64,000 nt of DNA from Okamejei kenojei. Lineage: Eukaryota. The stretch is from the NCBI GenBank assembly GCA_035221665.1, contig CM069142.1, positions 34,472,001 to 34,536,000 of the forward strand, written 5' to 3'. The notes below the pieces were generated by a model. It was not told the origin of the DNA, did no database searches, and saw only the letters and a list, made by a program, of their open reading frames with translations. Positions 50,143 to 62,345 of the stretch are shown in pieces. Both the position numbers and the translations under genes were made by a program. Every line of letters begins with the position of its first letter. Within the stretch, counting starts at the first letter, position 1.

Positions 50143-50516
50143 ATGCTACACTTGTCGCTTTACCGCCACCCTCGACTCCATCCAAGGACTGAAACAGTCT
50201 TTCCAGGTGAGGCAGAGGTTCACCTGCACCTCCTCCAACCTCATCTACTGCATCCGCTGCTCTAGGTGTCAACTGCTCTACATCGGTGAGACCAAGCGCA
50301 GGCTTGGCGATCGCTTCGCCCAACACCTCCGCTCAGTTCGCATTAACCAACCTGATCTCCCGGTGGCTCAGCACTTCATCTCCCCCTCCCATTCCGAATC
50401 CGACCTTTCTGTCCTGGGCCTCCTCCATGGCCAGAGTGAGGCCCACCGCAAATTGGAGGAGCAGCACCACATATTTTGCTTGGGTAGTTTACACCCCAGC
50501 GGTAGGAACATTGACT
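50143..50516 (+). mobile_element. Penelope-like GIY-YIG endonuclease fragment inserted in a minus-strand SINE (50015-50697)
   Basis: FTCTSSNLIYCIRCSRCQLLYIGETKRRLGDRFAQH..PVAQHF..KLEEQHHIFCLGSLHPSG. Confidence 0.9.
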
Positions 50517-50934
50517 TTAACCTAGAAACCTGCATGTCTTTGGAATACGGGAGGACATCAATGCACCCAAAGAAAACCCACACGGTCACAGGGAGAACGT
50601 ACAAACTCCACACAGACAGCACCCATAGTCAGGATTGAACCCAGGTCTCTGGCGCTGCAAGGCAGCAACTCTGCGGGCGTGACATCGTGCTGCCCGTGAA
50701 TAATTTAGTGCAGCGTGAATACTTGTTAGTGTCAGATAAAGGATATTTGTATGATCCATTAATCTAAGCTCAAGCAACATTTGCCAAACTGTCACATCTG
50801 AAGTTGAAAGAGTTTTGTACACTACCAAAGACGGGCATCCATATGAATGCCTTCCTGTGTGGAAAGGTTGAGGAGTCTGTCTATATTTTACATTGCAAGT
50901 TAAAGATTAACGAGGCAAGAATTAGATAGAGTTG

Positions 50935-51335
50935 TTGACACACAGGTCTGCAGTTGCTGGAATCTTGAGCAAGACACAAAGTGCTGGAGGAACTCAGTGG
51001 GTCCGGCAGCATCGGTGGAGGGAATGGACAGACGATGTTTTGGGTGTGGACACTCCTTCAGGCTCTCTGAATATATCCCAAAATACAGAGACACAAGGAA
51101 CTGCAGATGCTGGAAATCTGCAGCTGAACACAAAGTGCTGGAGGAACTCAGCAGGTCCGGCAGCATCTGTGGAGGGAATGGACAGGCGACGTTTCTGGTA
51201 GGGACTCTGCTTCAGTCTGGTTGGACCCAATCCCCTGCATTCCTACCAGACTGAAGAATGGTATTAGCCCAAAGCATCGTCTGTCCATTCCCACCACAAA
51301 TGCTGCCAGACCTGCTGAGTTCCTCCAGCACTTAG
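50935..51335. mobile_element. Penelope-related arms: two in tandem plus one inverted
   Basis: acacaaagtgctggaggaactcag at 50974 and 51128; inverted copy ending 51332. Confidence 0.75.
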
Positions 51336-52707
51336 AGTTTGTAAATATGTATATATATTATTTTTCTTACTGAGGATCTTTCCAATGTTTGTATTGGAAC
51401 ATAAAATATATCTGGTCTCCTCTTTAACCAGTTTAGGGCTCAATTGCCAAAGTCTATTCCCATAATTGAAACCTTATTTGCTACACATTGGAGAGTGCTT
51501 TTAGGTGGACAATATTTGATATGGTCAGCATTATCACCCAGAGATCAAGCTGACACCCATGTTACTATAATTACCTTATAAAATTGAGGTTTTTTTTGCA
51601 CAGAATGGAGAAATAAATGCTCCACCAAAATGTGAAAGCTGCAGCAGAGAGTATAAATCATCTTCATTAAATGTCACACCAAGACATTGTCAAAAATCAA
51701 TACTCTAGACTTCCCTTGGAAATATTTGACATATACTTCCTCAGCAAATGAACTCAACTGCGTAGGAAGGAACTGCAGATGCTGGTTTATCCCAAAGATA
51801 GACACAAAGTGCTGGGGTAACTCATCGGGTTAGGCAGCATCTCTGGAGAAAGGTCTGAAGAAGGGGTTCCAACCCAAAACGCCACCTGTCCTTTTTCTCC
51901 AGAGATGCTGTCTGACCTACTGAGTTACTCTAGCATCTTGCATCGATCTAAGTGAAATTAACTCATCTGTTTGAAAAGCTTGGTTTGGGAACAGTGCCCT
52001 AGACCGTGTGAAATCACAGAGAGTTGTTGGTGCAGCCCAGTCCGCCACACAGACCAGACCCCCTACCATTGAGTCCATCTACACCATGCTGCCTCGGAAA
52101 AGCAGCACACATGATCCATGACGTCTCACCCCAGTCGTTTCTTCTTCTCCCTGCTTCCATCGGGCAGAAAATACAGCGGCAGCACACTGGCACAGCTGGT
52201 AGAGCTGCTGCCTCACGCCGCCAGAGAGCCGGGTTCAATTCTGACCTCGGATGCTGTATGTGTGGAGTTTGCACGCTCTCCCTGTGACCACATGGATATC
52301 CTCCCGGTGCTCCGGTCTCCTCCCACATACCAAAGACATGTAGGATAATTGGCTTCTGTAAATTGTCCCAGGTGTGTAGGATAGAACTAATGTATTGGTG
52401 ATAGCTTGTCAGCAGAGACTCGAAGAGTTGAAGGGCCTGTTTGCACGCTGCATCACTAAGCCATAAACTCAACTAAGAAGCTTGAAAGCACACATCACCA
52501 GACTCAGGAATAGCTTCTTCCCTATTGTTATCAGGCTACTGAATGGTCCTTTGATAAGCTAAGGTGTAGCCTCAATCCTTAATCTGATCTCATTGCAGAC
52601 TTTGGACTTTTTCTCTGGAACTATAATGCTACAAAGGTGAAAATTACTTTCCGCACTCCAGTGTTTATCTTTACCTGTTCTATTTGTGTATGACTTGATT
52701 GTATTTA

Positions 52708-54204
52708 CAGTGCCCTCCATAATGTTTGGGACAAAGACCCATCGTTTATTTATTTGTAATAGAAAAAATCACATGTGGTTAAAGTGCACTTTGTCAGATT
52801 TTATTAAAGGCCATTTTTATACATTTTGGTTTCACCATGTGGAAATTACAGCTGTGTTTATACATAGTCCCCCCATTCAGGGCACCATAATGTTTGGGAC
52901 ACATGGCTTCACGGTGTTTGTAATTGCTCAGGTGTGTTTAATTGCCTCCTTAATGCGGGTATAAGGGAGCACTCAGCACCTAATCTTTCCTCCCGTCTTT
53001 CCATCACATTTGGAAACTTTTATTGCCGTTTATCAACATGAGGACCAAAGTTGTGCCAATGAAAGTGAAAGAAGCCATTATGAGACTGAGAAACAAGAAT
53101 AAAACTGTTAGAGACATCAGCCAAACCTTAGGCTTACCAAAGTCAACTGTTTGGAACATCATTAAGAAGAAAGAGAGCACTGGTGAGCTTGCTAATCGCA
53201 AAGGGACTGGCAGGCCAAGGAAGACCTCCACAGCTGATGACAGAAGAATTCTCTCTATAATAAAGAAAAAAAAAAACAAACACCTGTCCGACAGATCAGA
53301 AACACTCTTCAGGAGTCAGGTGTGGATTTGTCAATGACCACTGTCCGCAGAGGACTTCATGAACAGAAATACAGAGGCTACACTGCAAGATGCAAACCAC
53401 TGGTTAGCCACAAAAGTAGAATGGCCAGGTTACAGTTTGCGAATAAGTAATTAAAAGAGCAACCACAGTTCTGGAAAAAAGGTTTTGTGGTCAGATGAGA
53501 TGAAGATTAAGGTGGGGGTGTTATGGCCTGGGCATGTATGGCTGCTAAAGAAACTGACTCACTTATCGTCATTGATGATACAACTGCTGATGGTAGTAGC
53601 ATAATGGATTCTGAAGTGTATAGACACATCCTATCTGCGCAAGTTCAAACAAATGCCTCAAATGCTCCTTAGATGCTGCTGCACCCGCTGAGTTTCTCCA
53701 GCTTTTTGTGAACCCTCAAAACTCATTGGCCGGCGAGTTCATTCTACAGCAAGACAATGATCCCAAACATACTGCTAAAGCAACAAAGGAGTTTTCAAAG
53801 CTAACAAATGGTCAATTCTTGAGTGGCCAAGTCAATCACCTGATTTGAACCCAATTGAGCATGCCTTTTATATGCTGAAGAGAAAACTGAATGGTACTAG
53901 CCCCCAAAACAAGTATAAGCTAAAGATTGTTGTAATACAGGCCTGGCAGAGCATCACTACAGAAGACACCCAGCAACTGGTGATGTCCATGAATCGCAGA
54001 CATCAAGCAGTCATTGCATGCAAAGGATATGCAACAAAATACTAAACATGACTACTTTAATTTACATGACGTTGCTGTGTCCCAAACATTATGGTGCCCT
54101 GAAATGGGGGACTACGTATAAACACTGCTGTAATTTCTACATGGTGAAACCAAAAGGTATAAAAATGGCCTTCATTAATGTCCCAAACATTATGGAAGAC
54201 ACTG
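52708..54204 (+). mobile_element. Tc1-family transposon (IR/DR-type ends), defective DD34E transposase 53038-54045
   Basis: TA|cagtgccctccataatgtttgggaca ... tgtcccaaacattatggaagacactg|TA; inner repeats near 52886 and 54078; GRPRKT, WSDE, QQDNDPKH, WPSQSPDLNPIEH. Confidence 0.95.
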
Positions 54205-54594
54205 TATATATCGTATGATCTGATTTATTTTGGTAGCACGCAAACAAAAGCTTTTCACTGTACCTTGGTACATGTGACTATAATATACCAATAACTAAAA
54301 CTGAAAACATAGCCATAACATCATCATTGAAAGATAGTTTTCAGATACATTTGGATAGATATATGGACAGGAAGAGTGTAGAGGGTTATTGACCAAATGT
54401 AACCAAATGGTTCCAGCCCTTGACCTAACTTGGTCAACAAGGGCATAGTGGGCTGTGGGGCCTGCTTCATGCTGTATATTAATCTATGACCAAGTGACAG
54501 GGGAAGGGCTTGTAGATAGTAAGATGCAAGTGTGATGCTGGATCTCATTGAAGTTCAAGAACTTAATATTGAAAGAGATATGGGTGTTTTTGAT

Positions 54595-54905
54595 TAAAAG
54601 ATACAGCATGGAAACCGGCCCTTCAGCCCACCGAGTCAATGCCGACCATCGACCACCAATTCACACCAGCTCTTCTCACTTTCTCATCCACTCCGTATGC
54701 ACTGGAGGCAATTTACAGAAGCCAATTAACCTACAAACCTGCATGTCTTTGGGATGTGAGAGGAAACCAGAGCATCCAGAGAAAACCTTTGTGGTGACAA
54801 GGAGAATGTGCAAACTCCACACACAGAGAGCACCTGAGGTCAGGGTCGAACCCGGATCTCTGGCGCTGTGAGGCAGCAGCTCCACCGCTGCGCCACCATG
54901 CCCCC
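54595..54905 (-). mobile_element. HE1-like V-SINE
   Basis: Reverse-complement family match. Confidence 0.87.
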
Positions 54906-54924
54906 TGTGTTGACCAGGGCAAAT

Positions 54925-55415
54925 CTGATTACAGAGCTCGGTGGACACTGCCTGGTACATCACAGGTACTGACCGCCCCACCATTAAAGGGATCTACAGG
55001 AGGCACTGCCTCAAAAAGGCAGCCAGGATCATCAAAGACCCACACCACCCTGGGCACGCGCTCATTTCAATCCTGCCATCGGGACGAAAGTGCAGGAACC
55101 TGAAAACTGAAAGGTCCAGGTTCAGGAGCAGCTTCTTCCTAACAACCATCAGGCTCTTGAACTCTGCGCAACACTAACTTCAAACTTACCTCAGCAACTA
55201 TGATCTTCTATGGACTGTGTCTGGTTGCATTAAGGACATCGATTTTGTGTTATTATGGTTAACTAGTATTAGGGTTATTCATGTATTGTATGTTTGATCA
55301 TTACACATCTGTGTGTTACTGTGTTAACAGACCTGTTATTTAATTTAATAACACTTAGTTTAAATAATGGTTCTGTTGCCAGTACATACGACAATTAAAC
55401 ACTCTTGACTCTTTG
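54925..55415 (+). mobile_element. Rex1/Babar LINE 3' end
   Basis: [37 protein letters not shown]; tail acaattaaacactcttgactc. Confidence 0.82.
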
Positions 55416-55451
55416 ACTCACAGGAAGCCACAGGCAACAAGATGTAATAGC

Positions 55452-55556
55452 TAATGTAAATGTCTGAAGAATGGTCTCGACCCGAAACGTCTCCTTTTCC
55501 TCCGCTCCATAGATGCTGCCTCACCTGCTGAGTTTCTCCAGCATTTTTATCTACCT
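55452..55556 (+). mobile_element. Single-arm Penelope-related insert with the best-preserved hammerhead core
   Basis: CTGAAGA 55464-55470, stem ggtc-tc-gacc, GAAACGTC 55484-55491; 13-bp TSD aagatgtaatagc (55439-55451, 55557-55569). Confidence 0.72.
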
Positions 55557-55627
55557 AAGATGTAATAGCACGTATTTCCACGAGAGGGAGTAATTTAGCA
55601 GATGAGCTCATAACATTTAAACTATCA

Positions 55628-56100
55628 AGGGTGGCACAGTGGCAGAGCTGGTAACCTCACTGCCCCAGAGACCTGAGTTTGATCCTGACCTCTGGTGCTG
55701 TCTGTGTGTGTGGCGTTTTGTACGTACTTGCTGTGACTGTGTGGGTTTTCTCCGGGTGCCCCGGTTTCCTCCCACATGACAAAGAACTGCAGGTTTGTAG
55801 GTTCAGTTTAGTTTATTATCACGTGTACCTCGGTGATAACACGGAGAAGCTTTTGTTGCGTGCTATCCAGTCAGCGGAAAGACAATACATGATTACAGTT
55901 GAGCCATTCACTGTGTACAGGCAGCCAGCTACCAGTGCAGTGTACAGTTAATCTGTAAATTGCCCCCGTGTGTGTTGGGAGTATATGAGAAAGTGGGATA
56001 ACATGGATCTAGTGTGAATGGGTGATCGATGGTCGGCACGGACTAGGTGGGCCGAAGGGCCTGTTTCCACGCTGTATCTCTAAACTAAACTAAAACTAAA
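55628..56100 (+). mobile_element. HE1-like SINE split by an antisense LINE-tail insertion (55804-55946)
   Basis: SINE stops at gtaggtt (55803) and resumes at gttaatctgtaaattgcccc (55947). Confidence 0.85.
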
Positions 56101-56724
56101 TTAAGGAATTTCTCCCATACTATAGTCACACCCAGTTACATTCAGTCTACACAGTCTCATTTTGCACTAAGTGTTATTCATATTATACCCTTTATCATGT
56201 ATCAGTACACTGTGGATGGGTGACTGTAATCATGTATTGTCTTTCTGCTGACTGGTTAGCACGCAATATAAGGTTTTCACTGTACCTCGGTACACGTGAC
56301 AATAAACTTAACTAAACTACATTCAGAGTGTTAACAGTTCTAGGCATTGTGGTATTAGTTTAGTTTAGTTTAGTTTAGAGATACAGCACGGAAACAGACC
56401 CTTCAGCCCACCGAGTCTGCACCGACCAGCGATTCCCGCACCCTTGCACTATCCTACACACAGTGAGGACAATTTACAATTTAAACAAAGCCAATTAACC
56501 TACAAACCTGTGCGCCGTCGGAGTGAGGGAGGAAACCAGGGGACCTGGAGAAAACCCATGCAGGTCACGGGGGAGAATGTACAAATTCCGTACAGACAAC
56601 ACCATGGTCAGGATTGAACCTGGGTCCCTGATGTTGTGAGGCAGCAGCTCTACCGCTAATGCTCCCAACATGATTTACAGGATGTGGAGGCTTTAGAGAG
56701 AGTGCAGAAGAGATTTACACATGA

Positions 56725-56970
56725 TTCCCCCCCCCCCCCCCATGTTTATCAGTGGACCCTAGACTGTGGTCCTCCCCCACAGAGCCTTGGCCCTGGCGTT
56801 GACTGCACTGAGCTTCAGTGAGTTCCTCAGCCCGTACTACCGCAGTCTGGAGCCGGCCAGTCAGCAACATTCCCTGACCGACATCTCGCTCTGCTGGGAG
56901 ACCAACACGATTCGGACGGACCAAAGAGCGTCTTTCACCATGTTGAGGGGCTTCCTGCAGCACTTGCATT
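56725..56970 (-). mobile_element. Tx1-clade LINE ORF2 C-terminal fragment
   Basis: Minus strand: VKDALWSVR..ECC*LAGSRL..SLKLSAVNARAKALWGRTTV*. Confidence 0.7.
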
Positions 56971-57422
56971 TATAAGTACTCTTCAATTATGCATAAGAAC
57001 GGTATGAATGTGACTGGTTGTAGCAAGGCAGAGTATGGGCCACACATCATGTTAACAATGACCTTTTAATCCATCCACAGCAGCATCCCTGGAACCCTCG
57101 CTGTGCAGTCAAGTTTACCAATATGCCAGCAACTAAATAGTCTGGGCAAAACATTCTCATCACTGTGATATACTATTCGGTCAAATAAATCATAAATCAT
57201 CTGAACACAACTTCAAAGATCCCCTCATTTACATGATAAGTAGAACACAGTAGCTAATTATTATCTGTCGGTCGCAACTTGCAGTTCCAGAGACAATCCA
57301 CGCTGGATACCCCAGGCAGAATCTGCCAACCCTTACTAATGGCTAAGATTTCCTTTGGAAACGTGGAAATTAACAATTAATATATAAGTTGTGTTCATTC
57401 ACGCATAGCATGCGGGAATATA

Positions 57423-57712
57423 GGGCAGCGCAGTGGCGCAGCGGGAGAGTTGCTGCCTCACAGCGCCAGAGACCCGGGTTCGATCCTGACTCATGATACT
57501 GTCTGTACGGAGTTTGTACGTTCTCCCTGTGAACGTGTGGGTGCTCCGGTTTCCTCCCACAGTCCAAAGATGTACAGGTTTTCGGGCTAATTCTCTTCAG
57601 TAAAGTTGTAAATTGTCCCCGGAGTGTAGGATAGTGCTAATGTACAGGCTGATCACTGGTCAGCAGGGACTCGGTGGGCCGAAGGGCTTGTTTCCACGCT
57701 GTATCTCTTAAG
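57423..57712 (+). mobile_element. HE1-like V-SINE
   Basis: A box tggcgcagcgg, B box ggttcgatcc, V-domain, tail. Confidence 0.88.
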
Positions 57713-58009
57713 TTACCCCTTGAATTCCTATTTAATCTTTCCCCCATCACCTTAAACCTATGTCCTCTAGTTCTTGATTCCCCTACTCTGGGTGAAAGAC
57801 AGTGTCGACTACCCTATCTATTCCTCTCATGATTTTTTACACCAATATAAGATTACTCTTCTTCCTCCTGACCTCCAAGGAATAAAGTCCTAGCCTGATC
57901 AACTTCTTCCTATAGCTCACAGCCTCAAGTCCTGTCAACATCCCCGTAATTCTTCTCGGCACCCATTCAACCTTAGAGTCATAGACTCATACAGAGTGAG
58001 TCATACAAG

Positions 58010-58893
58010 GTGAGGCTGCAAGGTGACTTGGATAGGTTGGGTGAGTGGGCAAATGCATGGCAGGCGCAGTATAATGTGGATAAATGTGAGGTTATCCACT
58101 TTGGTGGCACAAACAGGAACGTAGACTATTATTTGAAAGGTGGCCGATTAGGAAAAGGGGAGATGCAACAAGACCTGGGTGTCATGGTACACCACTGCAC
58201 CAGTCATTGAAAGGAGGCATGCAGGTGCAGCAGGCAGTGAAGAAAGCGAATGGTATATTAGCATTCATAGCAAAAGGATTTGAGTATAGGAGCAGGGAGG
58301 TTCTACTGCAGTTGTACAGGGTCTTGGTAAGATCACATCTGGAGTATTGCGTACAGTTTTGGTTTCCTGATCTGAGGAAAGACATTCTTGCCATAGAGGG
58401 AGTACAGAGAAGGTTCACCAGACTGATTCCTGGGATGGCAGGACTTTCATATGAAGAAAGACTGGATAGACTCGGCTTGTACTTGCTAGAATTTAGAAGA
58501 TTGAGGGGGGATCTTATAGAGACTTACAAAATTCTTAAGGGGTTGGACAGGCTAGATGCAGGAAGATTGTTCCCATTGTTGGGGAAGTCCAGAACAAGGG
58601 GTCACAGTTTAAGGATACGGGCGAAGTCTTTTAGGACCGAGATGAGAAAAACATTTTTCACACAGAGAGTGGCGAATCTCTGGAATTCTCTGCCACAGAA
58701 GATAGTTGAGGCCAGTTGGCTATATTTAAGAGAGAGTTAGATGTGGCCCTTGTAGCTAAGGGGATCAGGAGGTATGGAGAGAAGGCAGGTACGGGATACT
58801 GAGTTGGATGATCAGCCATGATCATATTGAATGGCGGTGCAGGCTCGAAGGGCGGAATGGCCTACTCTTGCACCTATTTTCTATGTTTCTATG
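58010..58893 (+). mobile_element. Relatively young CR1 (HER1-like) LINE 3' fragment
   Basis: RLQGDLDRLGEWA..YNVDKCEVIHFG; [34 protein letters not shown]; tail (ttctatg)n. Confidence 0.92.
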
Positions 58894-59698
58894 TGTGGAA
58901 ACAGGCCCTTCGGCCCAATTTGCCTGCACCGACCAACATGTCCCAACTACATTAGTCTCACCTGCCAGCGTTTGGTCCATATCCTTCCAAACCTTTTGTA
59001 TCCATGTACCTGTCTAACTGTTTCTTAAATGTTGGGATAGTCCCTGCCTCAACTACCTCCTCTGGCAGCTTGTTTCATACACCCATCACCCTTTGTATGA
59101 ATAAGTTATCCCTCAGATTCCTATTAAATCTTTTCCCCTTCACCTTAAACCTATGACCTCTGGTCCTTGATTCATCTGCTCTGAGCAAGAGGACTCTGTA
59201 CAACTGGACAACTTTCCTATAGCATGATAAGAGATAACTCTGTCAATGATAAATTGGGGCAGTTGGCAGGTTTTGCATCTGAGTCTCGTGGTTTAACCTG
59301 TGTCATGGTGTCAGGACAACAACCTAACCCGTAACGTCAGCAAGACGAAGGAGTTGGTTGTTGACCAGAGGAAGCGAAGGGGTGAATACAAACCTGACCT
59401 CATCACCAGTCCTGCTGTGGAGATGGTTGACAGCTTCAGGTTCCTTGACTTCCAAATCACCGACAACCAACCTTCACACTGATGTGTTGATCAAAAAAGT
59501 GCAGCAACGTGTTTACTTTCGTAGATGTCTGAGAGGATTTTCTGGGGGTTCAAGTCTGGAAAATGACAATCTGCCCTCTGAAGGTCTCTTGCCTTCAGGA
59601 CAATGCTGTATTCAATTGGTCAGCCAGCTTCTGAAATTGCTTGGGCGGAAATCTCGTTTAAAACATGGGGGCGTCGCAATGAGGCCTGACATCCAGGA

Positions 59699-60225
59699 CA
59701 GGGGTCGGCAACCGACGGCCCGTGGGCCGAATCCGGCCCGCAGGCGTATTTTTTTTCAATTCGTTGTCGTGACCTGGGAACTGCAGCCATTCCCAGGTCA
59801 CGCAGGCGACAGTGGAAGTTACAGCCAGACCTGGGGCACGCGAGCCGACCTGGGTGCTACAACCAGACCTGCAAGCTGACCTGGGCGCTACAGCCAGTCC
59901 CGGGGCAGGCGAGCCGACCTGGGCGCGCAGGTGACCTGGGAACCGCAGGTCCTTTGGCCCACTGTGTCCGTGTCAACCACTAATCATCCCGTGCACTTGC
60001 ACCAGCCGACGCACTGGGGACAATTTACAATTTACCAAGGCGCTTAACCTGCACGTCTTTGCAGTGTGGAGCAGGTGAGCTGACCTGGGGCTGGCTGTAG
60101 TGCCCAGGTCATGCCCAGGGGATTGTCCCTAGTGTGTCAGGAGCGGAGGATGGAGCTAGTGTAATGGATGATGGATGGCATGGACCTGGTGGGTTGAAGG
60201 GGCTGTTTTCACATTGTGTCTCTAA
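59699..60225. mobile_element. hAT-like left end followed by gacctggg repeats and inverted SINE fragments
   Basis: caggggtcggcaacc..ggcccgtgggccgaatccggccc; no matching right TIR found. Confidence 0.45.
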
Positions 60226-61131
60226 AAAGAAAAATAAATAAAATTAGTAAAACTTGGCATCATATTCGACACAGACATTGTGGGTCGAATGGCCTAGTCT
60301 TGTGCTGTACCGTTCTATGTTCTAACACAGTATACCAAAGTGTCGGGTGATGTATGAGTGTTGATCCTAGACTAAATCTCCCAGATCTCTGCACTACAAC
60401 GCACTCTCATTCACACTTGCTGGGACCACACGATATAGAAGTAAAGAATGGTTGCTATTTTCTGGAGATGACGGCTAAACTGACGGAGATAGTAAAGAAC
60501 CTCTATGCGCACAGGCTTCAGACTTTTAGAGATACAGGCCCTTCGGCCCACCAAGTCCATGCCGACCACCGATTACCCTGTACACTAACACAATCCCACA
60601 CAAACTAGGGGCAATTTATCAAAGCCAATTAAACTAGAAACCTGCATTTCTTTGGAATATGGGAAGAAACTCCACACCGACAGCACCCGTGGTAAGGATG
60701 AAGGCCGAGTCTATGGCGCTGTGAGGCAGCAACTCTACCGCTGCGCCACCATGCTGTCCTGAGTGGTATTTATTTTGTGAGCATATCAGTGCAAGTAGTC
60801 ATTCTGGGCACTTATTGGAATGAATTTAAACTAATTTTAAAACCCATTTCAGAACAATCTGTGTGGAGTGGACTTAGAGTGGGCACAGAGTCACTAATTT
60901 AAAAATAATGCGACTGGTTCTTTGTGCTGGCTCGGACATATTGGTTTTCCTTGATCGAAACATGCCTTTTCATCTTTACCAATATATTTATATATAATCG
61001 AAATGCCTCCCAAAAATTGATTGGTTAAGACATGATTTTAGAATTGGTCAGCTTGGGTCAAGTGGTGGTGTGACAGCATTCAATTTATAATGTTTAAATC
61101 TATAAAAGCAAATAAATATTAATACAGTGAA

Positions 61132-61358
61132 GGAAAGGACTGCAGGTGCTGGTTTACAGCGAAGATTGACACACAATGCTGGAGTAACTCAGCGGGTCAG
61201 GCAGCATCTCTGGAGAAACGGAATGGGTCACATTTCGGGTTGAGACGCTTCTTCAGACTCCCACTCTGAAGAAGGGTCTCAACCTGAAACATCACCTATT
61301 CCTTTTATCCAGATTTGTTGCCCGACCCATTGAGTTTCTCCAGCATTTTGTGCATATC
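61132..61358. mobile_element. Penelope-related fold-back element with two opposed hammerhead-like cores
   Basis: ..tttcgggttgagacgcttcttcag-actcccact-ctgaagaagggtctcaacctgaaacatc..; flanks ttaatacagtgaa / ttaataccgtgaa. Confidence 0.72.
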
Positions 61359-62054
61359 TTAATACCGTGAACCCTTATTTAAATAGGTTTTGATCATTGT
61401 GAATGATGGCTGCCCACAACATTCCCAGTTCACTACGCTTCTTCGATCCCTTCCAGGCCGGGCCTGTCACAGTCACCGCGGGTTTCACTGTTCTTAATAA
61501 TGTATAAAGGCTGTTATTAAATATACCTGGATTTTAAAAACCAGTTAACCAGCCATGTGCAATCCTAAAACTGGATTCCTAGTTTTGAAGATATCAAGGA
61601 ACTGCAGATGCTGGTTTACAAAAAAGACACATAGTGCTGGAGTAACTCAGTGGGTCCGGCAGCTTCTCCGGAGAGCATGGATAGGTGACGTTTTGGGTCG
61701 GGACCCTTCTTCAGACTATCTTACTTCTGGATTCACTTAGATGGTTAAAACACTCAATCTGGTTGGAATGTGCACAATTGAGGCAGTGTTAAAATTGTTC
61801 CAATTATATGGAATCGGTGCCAAAAATTGTGTTTAATGGAGAAAATGGGCTTTTATGCAAAGCAATGCACCATTATTCCTTATGTTTTTTTTATTGTGAG
61901 GGATAATTGGATGAATATCTTGAAGACTGCTCTGAACAGCGATTGTATTATACAGTTTTTGACATCCACCAAATCTTACTGTCAAATGCGCACTTGGAAC
62001 ATAGAACATAGCACAGGAACAGGCCCTTCGGCCCACAATGACCATTCCGAACAT

Positions 62055-62345
62055 GGTGCTGTATCTCTAAACTTTTAACTAGCTGAAAGGCCTGTTTCTA
62101 TGCTCATAACTAAATTAAACTAAATGTTCATAGCTGAGGGGCCTGTTTTGTATTGCGTCTCTAAACTAACTATACATACATAGCAGAAGGGCTTGTTTCT
62201 ATGCTCTGCCTCTAAACTCTTAACTAAACTAACCTAAATACTCATAGCTGAAGGGCCTGTTTTGATGCTGTACCACTAAATATACACTGCTGTAGGGCCT
62301 GATTCCATGCTGTATCTCCAAACTCTTAACTAAACTAAACATTCA
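62055..62345 (+). repeat. Tandem array of 5-6 SINE/CR1 3'-tail units (45-65 bp)
   Basis: Repeated (at)agctgaagggcctgttt..tgctgtatctctaaact..taaac. Confidence 0.85.

Noticed and set aside
50830-50870. HPYEC..CGK zinc-finger-like snippet
   Set aside because: Needs a frameshift, lacks the His pair and has no neighbouring fingers.
56766-56975. Plus-strand ORF with a signal-peptide-like start (ALALALTAL)
   Set aside because: It is the antisense of a Tx1-type ORF2 C-terminus.
57423-57495. tRNA-like sequences with A and B boxes (many copies)
   Set aside because: They are SINE heads continuing into the V-domain and LINE tail, not tRNA genes.
62055-62345. Repeat-spacer pattern resembling a CRISPR array
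   Set aside because: Units are SINE/CR1 tails, spacers are related to each other, there are no cas genes, and the DNA is vertebrate.
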